Source: Lentisphaerota bacterium (GTDB lineage: Bacteria > Verrucomicrobiota > Kiritimatiellia > CAIQIC01 > JAGNIJ01). Taken from it: a stretch of 64,000 nt of DNA. Under the pieces are notes generated by a model. The model was not told where the DNA came from, made no database searches, and saw only the letters and a program-made list of their open reading frames with translations. The translations under genes were made by a program, and so were the position numbers. Shown piece after piece: positions 58,417 to 64,000 of the stretch; the first letter of the stretch is position 1; each line of letters starts with the position of its first letter. The stretch spans positions 69,566 to 133,565 of the forward strand of contig JBPOJF010000010.1 of assembly GCA_052033915.1 (NCBI GenBank), read 5' to 3'.

Positions 58417-59194
58417 CGGGCGCCGTGGGGAATTTCCCGCGGAGCGCGTCTTGCACGATGTTCAAGGTGTCTCTCGGGAAGTCGTTTTTGGCTATCCACT
58501 GCAGGAAGCTGGGTTCGAGCCTGGCGATGTCGCGCAGCTTCTGTCCCTGCTTTTTCCCGAAGTTGATGACGACTTCGCCGCCGACCCATTTGAACTTGCC
58601 CGTCTTGTCCACCCAGGAGGGATCCCTCGGATTGCAGAACGAGTCCAACTGGTCCATGTCCCGCGGCAGATCGGGATACTTGCTGAGCTGGCCCTCGATC
58701 ACCTTGAGCGTGGCCTGAACGTCCCCCATGGCGTCGTGGGAGTTCAGATGCATTTCGCCGCAGTAGTACGCCAGCGCGGCTGTGAGGTCCCGGGGCACCT
58801 TCCTGTGGAAGATCCGTTGGGCGTCCAGAACCCGCCGGCTCTCGGTCTCGAAGGGAACGCCGGCTCGGACGAATTCCTCGCAGAGCAGGGGGATGTCGAA
58901 GTGGCTGATGTTGTATCCCGCCAGATCGCAGTGGTTCAGCACGTCGGCCACCTTGGAGGCAATCTGCTTGAAGGTCGGGGCGTCCTTCACGTCCGCGTCC
59001 GTGATTCCATGGACCGCCGTGGAGTCCGCCGGAATCGGCATCTCGGGATTCACACGGAATACATGTTGTTCCTTTTTTCCGTTCGGCAGGAGCTTGAGAA
59101 TCGCCAGGTCGATGATGCGGTCGAACTTCCGGTTCGTGCCGGTGGATTCGATGTCGAACACAGCGAGCGGTCGGTCGAGTTTCAGATCAATCAT
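58382..59194 (-). CDS. DEDDh 3'-5' exonuclease (DnaQ-like)
   Basis: FDIESTG, GYNISHFD, HDAMGDV; C-terminal NFGK..G motif. Confidence 0.92.
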   Translation of the reverse strand: MIDLKLDRPLAVFDIESTGTNRKFDRIIDLAILKLLPNGKKEQHVFRVNPEMPIPADSTAVHGITDADVKDAPTFKQIASKVADVLNHCDLAGYNISHFDIPLLCEEFVRAGVPFETESRRVLDAQRIFHRKVPRDLTAALAYYCGEMHLNSHDAMGDVQATLKVIEGQLSKYPDLPRDMDQLDSFCNPRDPSWVDKTGKFKWVGGEVVINFGKKQGQKLRDIARLEPSFLQWIAKNDFPRDTLNIVQDALRGKFPTAPATEPVPPPDPD

Positions 59195-59338
59195 AGTAAT
59201 TGTTACCTCAGCGCAGTATCCTCGGAACAGAGGTCGCATGGCAAGTCTGCGGCGCAACGAGCTTGGATCGCGCGGAGCAAGGGGGGTTGCATGCGGTTCT
59301 TTCCGCGTTATCATGATCGCTCTGTCCGTGTGTTGCGG

Positions 59339-59620
59339 ATGAAGAAATCGTTACATGCCGGAGTGGCTTTTGGAGTGCCGTGCGTCGTCCTGCTCGGCGC
59401 CTGCCGCGGTATGGCGGATGGCGACGCGCAGGCGGTCGTTGTGGTCGCCAATCGGAATGTTCCCGAGGCGGCGGAGACCGCGATCCGGGTTGGCGCGCGC
59501 CGGATACGGATTCTCCGGCGGACGGGGGAGAAGGAGAAGGCCGATCGCGTGGAAGCCGGGCTGCGCGACCGATGGGAAGGCCGCGTGGTCCTGTCCTGGC
59601 TCGATACGGCCAAGCCCTGA
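59339..59620 (+). pseudogene. Short ORF, possible internally deleted relic of a TIGR03790-like exported protein
   Basis: Signal peptide then AVVVVANRNVPE; stop overlaps the tatD ATG. Confidence 0.35.
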
Positions 59621-60423
59621 TGTTTATCGACACACATGTTCATTTCGATTCGTTCCGGGATCGCGCGGGAATCTCCGGGGTTGTGTCGCGCGCCGAGGCG
59701 GCGGGTGTTAAGAAAATGATTGCCGTGGGCGGGACCCCGGAAGCGAATGCCTTTGCCGTCTCCGCCGCGGCCGATTTCCCCGGTCGCATTTATGCCGCGG
59801 TGGGCCTGGACCGGGATCAGGCCTCAACGGACTGGAGCCTGGAGCCGTGCCTTCGGGAGATGGGGCGGACTGGCGTGGCGGCGGTTGGCGAAATCGGGCT
59901 CGATTACCATTACCAGCCCGATACGGCGGACAGGCAGAAACGGTTGTTCGGCGCGATGCTCGAACTGGCTTCTCGGCGCGAGCTGCCGGTGATTGTTCAC
60001 AGCCGCGAGGCCGACGAGGACACCGAAGGACGGCTTCGGGAACATGTCCGGACGTGGCGCGGGGACCCCGGGCGGGTGGGCGTATTGCACTGCTTTACAG
60101 GCACGAGTGGATTCGCGAAACGGATGCTGGACCTGGGGTTCATGATCAGTTTCAGCGGAATTGTTACATTCAGAAACGCCGACCGCCTGCGGGATGTCGC
60201 GCGCGAAGTGCCGGCCGACAGGCTTCTGATCGAGACGGACACGCCCTTCCTGACGCCGGTCCCGCATCGCGGGAAGCCCAATGAACCCGCCTTCGTTGTC
60301 CACGTGGCGGAAGTCCTGGCGAAGATTCGAAATGACACCGTGGAGCATATTGCGCATAGTACGGCGCGTAACGCGGAAGCGCTTTTCTTTCCCAACAGGA
60401 AGCAGGACCATGAAAGAAGGTAA
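59620..60423 (+). CDS. tatD: TatD-family nuclease
   Basis: IDTHVH, VGEIGLDY, HSRE, LHCF, IETDTPFL. Confidence 0.95.
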   Translation: MFIDTHVHFDSFRDRAGISGVVSRAEAAGVKKMIAVGGTPEANAFAVSAAADFPGRIYAAVGLDRDQASTDWSLEPCLREMGRTGVAAVGEIGLDYHYQPDTADRQKRLFGAMLELASRRELPVIVHSREADEDTEGRLREHVRTWRGDPGRVGVLHCFTGTSGFAKRMLDLGFMISFSGIVTFRNADRLRDVAREVPADRLLIETDTPFLTPVPHRGKPNEPAFVVHVAEVLAKIRNDTVEHIAHSTARNAEALFFPNRKQDHERR

Positions 60424-61378
60424 GACTCGTTACGCAGTCGGCATCGATTTCGGCGGAACGTTCATCAAAATGGCCCTCGTCAACGAAAAGGGCGAGGTGA
60501 AGTCGCGCGCGAAAATCCCCACAAAGGACGCGGCCGGAGTGGAAGAATGGATGGACGCGGTGGCGCAGGGCATGGCCCGGTTGAAGGGAAAAAAGTCCGG
60601 CGATGCGGGCGAGTTGGCGGGCATCGGGGTGGGGGTTCCGGGGTTTGTGGATTACGAGCGCGGGTTCATCCATGACTTGACCAATGTGCCGGGATGGACA
60701 GGCGTTCACCTGGCCGCCGAGATTGAGAAACGCTTCAACACTCATGCGCGGATCGACAACGATGTGAACGCCATGGCCCTCGGCGAGTGCACCTTCGGCG
60801 CCGGGCGCGCGTATCAGCATGCGGTGTTCGTGACGCTGGGGACGGGGGTGGGCGGCGGACTGTTGATCAACAACGTGCTGTATCGAGGCGCGTATTCCAT
60901 GGCGGGGGAAATCGGGCATCTGTCGATTGACATGAATGGCGTGAAGTCGCCCCAAGGTCGCGGCGGGCTCGAGCAGTATGTCGGAAATCGCCGGATCGCG
61001 GAGCGGGCCGTGAAACATCTGGAGCAGGGGAGGCCGTCCCTCCTTCGGGACATGGTCAAAGGCGACTGGTCCGCGATCACGCCGGAAGTGATCGGCCGGG
61101 CCGCCCACAAGGGGGACCAACTGGCCCTGGAAGTGTATGACTTCGTCGCGGATTGTCTCGCCGCGGCATTTGCCTCCGTGACCTACCTGATTCAGCCGCA
61201 GGCGTTCATCGTGGGCGGCGGCGTGGCGCAGAGCGGAGATATTCTTTTTGATCCGTTGAGGAAACATCTTGGCGAACGCTTGAGCCCGTTCCTCGCGGAG
61301 CGGATCGAGGTGAAGACGGCGGAGTTGGGGAATGACGCCGGGGTGATTGGGGCGGCCACGCTGGTGATGCTGGAATAG
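60410..61378 (+). CDS. ROK-family sugar kinase (glucokinase-like)
   Basis: GIDFGGT, GVGVPG, DNDVN, TLGTGVGGG, GEIGH, GNDAGVIGAA. Confidence 0.92.
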   Translation: MKEGKTRYAVGIDFGGTFIKMALVNEKGEVKSRAKIPTKDAAGVEEWMDAVAQGMARLKGKKSGDAGELAGIGVGVPGFVDYERGFIHDLTNVPGWTGVHLAAEIEKRFNTHARIDNDVNAMALGECTFGAGRAYQHAVFVTLGTGVGGGLLINNVLYRGAYSMAGEIGHLSIDMNGVKSPQGRGGLEQYVGNRRIAERAVKHLEQGRPSLLRDMVKGDWSAITPEVIGRAAHKGDQLALEVYDFVADCLAAAFASVTYLIQPQAFIVGGGVAQSGDILFDPLRKHLGERLSPFLAERIEVKTAELGNDAGVIGAATLVMLE

Positions 61379-61392
61379 TCCGGGGGGCTCGG

Positions 61393-62343
61393 GTGAAAAA
61401 GATCGGGTTAGCGCTGGGCAGCGGAGGTGCGCGCGGGTGGGCGCACATCGGCGTTCTGGACGCGCTGGAGGAAGCCGGCATCCCTGTTCACGCGGTTGCG
61501 GGCACGAGCATGGGCGCCCTCGTGGGCGGCGCCTTTGCCTCCGGCTACATCCGGCCGCTGAAAGAGGCGGCTCTGGGCCTCGACTGGAAGCAGGCTCTTT
61601 ACTACTTCCTTGAAGTCACCTTTCCCCGTTCAGGTCTCATCGACGGCACAAAAATCGCGGGGTTCGTCCGCCGGCATGTGCGCAAGACGGACGTTGAATC
61701 CCTTCCCATTCCGTTCGCCACGGTGGCGACGGATGTCCTGACCGGGCGGAAGGTCGTGATCGACCAAGGGGACCTGATCGATGCGATTCGCGCGAGCATT
61801 TCCATTCCCGGCATCTTCACGCCCGTGCTCCGCGACGGCGTGACCCTTGTGGATGGAGGCCTGGTGGATCCCGTGCCCGTCGATGTGGCCCGTCGGCTGG
61901 GCGCGCAAGCCGTGATCGCCGTGGACCTGAATTGCGGCGCGGTGGGAGGCGCAGTGCGTCCTCGCGCGCGCCGCCCGGCGCGGGCGATGCCTCGAAGAAA
62001 GAAGGCCGTCCGGATGCCCCTGAACAAGTGGCAGGGCCTGATGCAGAACCTCGGCGAGCGGCTGGAGCAATTCGATGTTTCCGTGCTGACGTCGGCCCGC
62101 CGCTGGATGACCCGCGACGAGCGGCCGACCGTATTCGACGTGCTGGGGAATTCCATTCGGATCATGGAGACGCAGATCACGGAAGTGCGGCTCAAACTGG
62201 AGCCGCCGGATGTCTTGATTCGTCCCGAGGTGGGCCGTCTGGGGTTCATGGAATTTCATCGCGCGGAGGAGATCATCCGCGCGGGTTACGAGGCGACGCG
62301 GGCGAAGATCGACGAGATATGCGCCCTCACGCGCGCGCGCTGA
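61393..62343 (+). CDS. Patatin-like phospholipase (RssA-like)
   Basis: GSGGARG, GTSMG (GxSxG), DGG. Confidence 0.93.
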   Translation: MKKIGLALGSGGARGWAHIGVLDALEEAGIPVHAVAGTSMGALVGGAFASGYIRPLKEAALGLDWKQALYYFLEVTFPRSGLIDGTKIAGFVRRHVRKTDVESLPIPFATVATDVLTGRKVVIDQGDLIDAIRASISIPGIFTPVLRDGVTLVDGGLVDPVPVDVARRLGAQAVIAVDLNCGAVGGAVRPRARRPARAMPRRKKAVRMPLNKWQGLMQNLGERLEQFDVSVLTSARRWMTRDERPTVFDVLGNSIRIMETQITEVRLKLEPPDVLIRPEVGRLGFMEFHRAEEIIRAGYEATRAKIDEICALTRAR

Positions 62344-62626
62344 TGCCGAGACGGGCACCGACCTGCCCGGCATCCATGCCCGCAAGCAGGATTCTCTTGT
62401 TCCGGCCGGTTTCCCCCGAGAGAAGGCGTATGCCGCGGGGCGGAATATCCAGCGATTCGGCGAGAAAACGGACGAGCGCTTCATTGGCCTTGCCTTCCAC
62501 GGGCGGAGCCTGAAGCCGGATTTTCAACGCGCCGCCCAGAACTCCCTGAACCTGGTTTCTCGACGCGCGCGGGACGACCCGCACGCTGATCACGCATCCG
62601 TCGGCTGTCTGCTGGATCCAGGACAT
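62327..62626 (-). CDS. yggU: DUF167 / YggU-family protein
   Basis: VRVVPRASR, APPVEGKAN, SGETGRNK. Confidence 0.9.
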   Translation of the reverse strand: MSWIQQTADGCVISVRVVPRASRNQVQGVLGGALKIRLQAPPVEGKANEALVRFLAESLDIPPRGIRLLSGETGRNKRILLAGMDAGQVGARLGISARA

Positions 62627-62718
62627 GGGAAACATCCTCGGCGCGTGCGCGGACCGGGTCAAGAGAGAACTCCCGGCGGGCTTGCCGCGGCGCGAAAATG
62701 CGGGCATAGTCGGCGGAC

Positions 62719-63366
62719 ATGAATTTCTTCGTCTCCAGCCTGGCCCGGGATCCGTTCTACTTTCTTTCCTGGGTCGGTATTGTCATGTTCTCGGTCTGTT
62801 TTCATGAGTTCTCGCACGCCCGCATGGCGCTCAAGCTGGGGGACGACACGGCGGCCCGGCGGGGACACTTGTCGCTCAATCCCCTGGTACAGATGGGGCC
62901 GATGTCGATTGTGATGCTCCTGTTGATCGGTATTGCGTGGGGGGCGGTTCCCGTCAACCCCGGCCGCCTTCGGACGCGGGCGGACGCCGCCATGGTTTCC
63001 TTCGCGGGGCCGGCGGCGAATCTCCTGCTCAGCCTTCTGTTCGGAGCTATGGTCGGGGCGTTGTCGCTGGTGAGCGATCCCTCGGTCAGTCTCGTCATCC
63101 GTTTCTTTGTCTATGGATGTATCGCGAACGCGGTGCTCTTCGTGTTCAACATGCTGCCGGTGCCGATGTTCGACGGCTGGACCATCTTTTCCCTGTTCAT
63201 CCCGGCCATGCGCGATGTGGAGCCTCAAAAGGCGCAGAACATCTCCCTGTTCGTGTTGGTGATCGTGTTCATCACGCCATTGGGTAGCCTGATCTGGGGC
63301 TTTGGAACGGCTCTCGCGGGCGCGGTGCTGTCGTCCTGGGCGCGCTTCTTCGGTTTGTTCTTCTAG
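62719..63366 (+). CDS. Site-2 protease (M50)
   Basis: FHEFSHA, LGDDTA, AGPAAN, FNMLPVPMFDG. Confidence 0.93.
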   Translation: MNFFVSSLARDPFYFLSWVGIVMFSVCFHEFSHARMALKLGDDTAARRGHLSLNPLVQMGPMSIVMLLLIGIAWGAVPVNPGRLRTRADAAMVSFAGPAANLLLSLLFGAMVGALSLVSDPSVSLVIRFFVYGCIANAVLFVFNMLPVPMFDGWTIFSLFIPAMRDVEPQKAQNISLFVLVIVFITPLGSLIWGFGTALAGAVLSSWARFFGLFF

Positions 63367-63998
63367 AATCCGTCGGGGGGGTACTCCGCGGATTTCAACG
63401 CGTCGATCCTGGCGCGGAGCGTGCGGCCGGAGCCCGCCGAGAAACCGACGAACATCAGGCCGCCGAACAAACTCCAGATTACGCTGCCGAGGTAGACCAT
63501 CAAGGACATGGAAATCGAGTAGTGGGGGTCCACATCGATGGCCTGGTACAGGGTGATGAAAAGGCCTTCGCGGACCCCGAGGCTGCCGGGGGTGATGGGA
63601 ACCGCCGCGATCACGCTGATGATGGGGAAGAGCGTGAAGCAATCCAGCAGGGACTGTTCGACCTGCAGGCTCTTTCCAAAGCTGTAACACGCGAGCGTCA
63701 GGAAGGCCAGGTTCAGCATGGAAAGCGCGAGCGAGACCAGCACCACGCGCGTATGGCTGCGGTACAGGTACACGGCGTCGTACGCGCGGCGGATGAGCGA
63801 GCCGAGGCGCGTATCCGTCGCGAGCCGTTGGAAGAAGGGCCAGTGTTCGAACAGGTTTCTCCGGAACAGCGCGAACAGGGCGACCACGGAACCGAGGAGG
63901 AACGCGAGCATCAGGAAGCCGGGCGCGCGGGTTCCCTGGTGATCGAGAAACAACGGGATGCGCAGCGCGATCATTACGCAGCAGAAGGCGATGGTCGC
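63363..63998 (-). CDS. Lysylphosphatidylglycerol-synthase TM / flippase-like protein (5' end beyond window)
   Basis: AVPITPGSLGVREG motif, multi-TM; frame stays open to the window edge. Confidence 0.8.
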   Translation of the reverse strand, partial: ATIAFCCVMIALRIPLFLDHQGTRAPGFLMLAFLLGSVVALFALFRRNLFEHWPFFQRLATDTRLGSLIRRAYDAVYLYRSHTRVVLVSLALSMLNLAFLTLACYSFGKSLQVEQSLLDCFTLFPIISVIAAVPITPGSLGVREGLFITLYQAIDVDPHYSISMSLMVYLGSVIWSLFGGLMFVGFSAGSGRTLRARIDALKSAEYPPDGF

Positions 63999-64000
63999 GA

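Noticed and set aside
1-64000. CRISPR array, rRNA, tRNA, transposase, integrase or prophage genes
   Set aside because: No regularly spaced repeats or recognisable motifs found; intergenic spaces are short and nearly all sequence is accounted for by protein-coding genes

Overview
High-GC (roughly 60-65%) bacterial chromosomal segment, almost entirely protein-coding, with about 65 genes. The gene set (KDO/Lpt, HprK-HPr-EI without EII, cdaA-cdaR) suggests a diderm, plausibly PVC-superphylum organism such as Kiritimatiellota or Verrucomicrobiota; this assignment is inference. Most content is housekeeping: purA-uppS-cdsA-rseP; phoH-ybeY-DUF502-recO; holA; aroF-DUF3108-rfaE1-kdsB-kdsA-kdsC-lptC-lptA-lptB-hpf-hprK-ptsH-ptsI-metK; serS; tilS-ftsH-folP-cdaA-cdaR; tatD-ROK-patatin. 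Carbohydrate genes include two GH13 enzymes and a GH35 + eukaryote-type UGPase + LacI unit. An archease-rtcB-polX-HAD repair cluster is also present. I recognised no rRNA, tRNA, CRISPR array, integrase or transposase. Observations most worth follow-up: (1) a ~1 kb low-GC single-gene islet bracketed by a 45-bp direct repeat that duplicates the 3' end of a protein-coding gene, like attL/attR but with no integrase; (2) a secreted archaemetzincin-like protein lacking all catalytic Zn ligands but keeping the Cys4 site; (3) a tandem pair of SPFH proteins, each with three internal repeats; (4) archease-RtcB next to a catalytically canonical PolX-PHP; (5) a perfect loop-less 32-bp palindrome between serS and tilS; (6) a lacO/cre-like operator at the GH35/LacI divergent promoter. 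All product calls come from motif recognition by eye; no searches were run.
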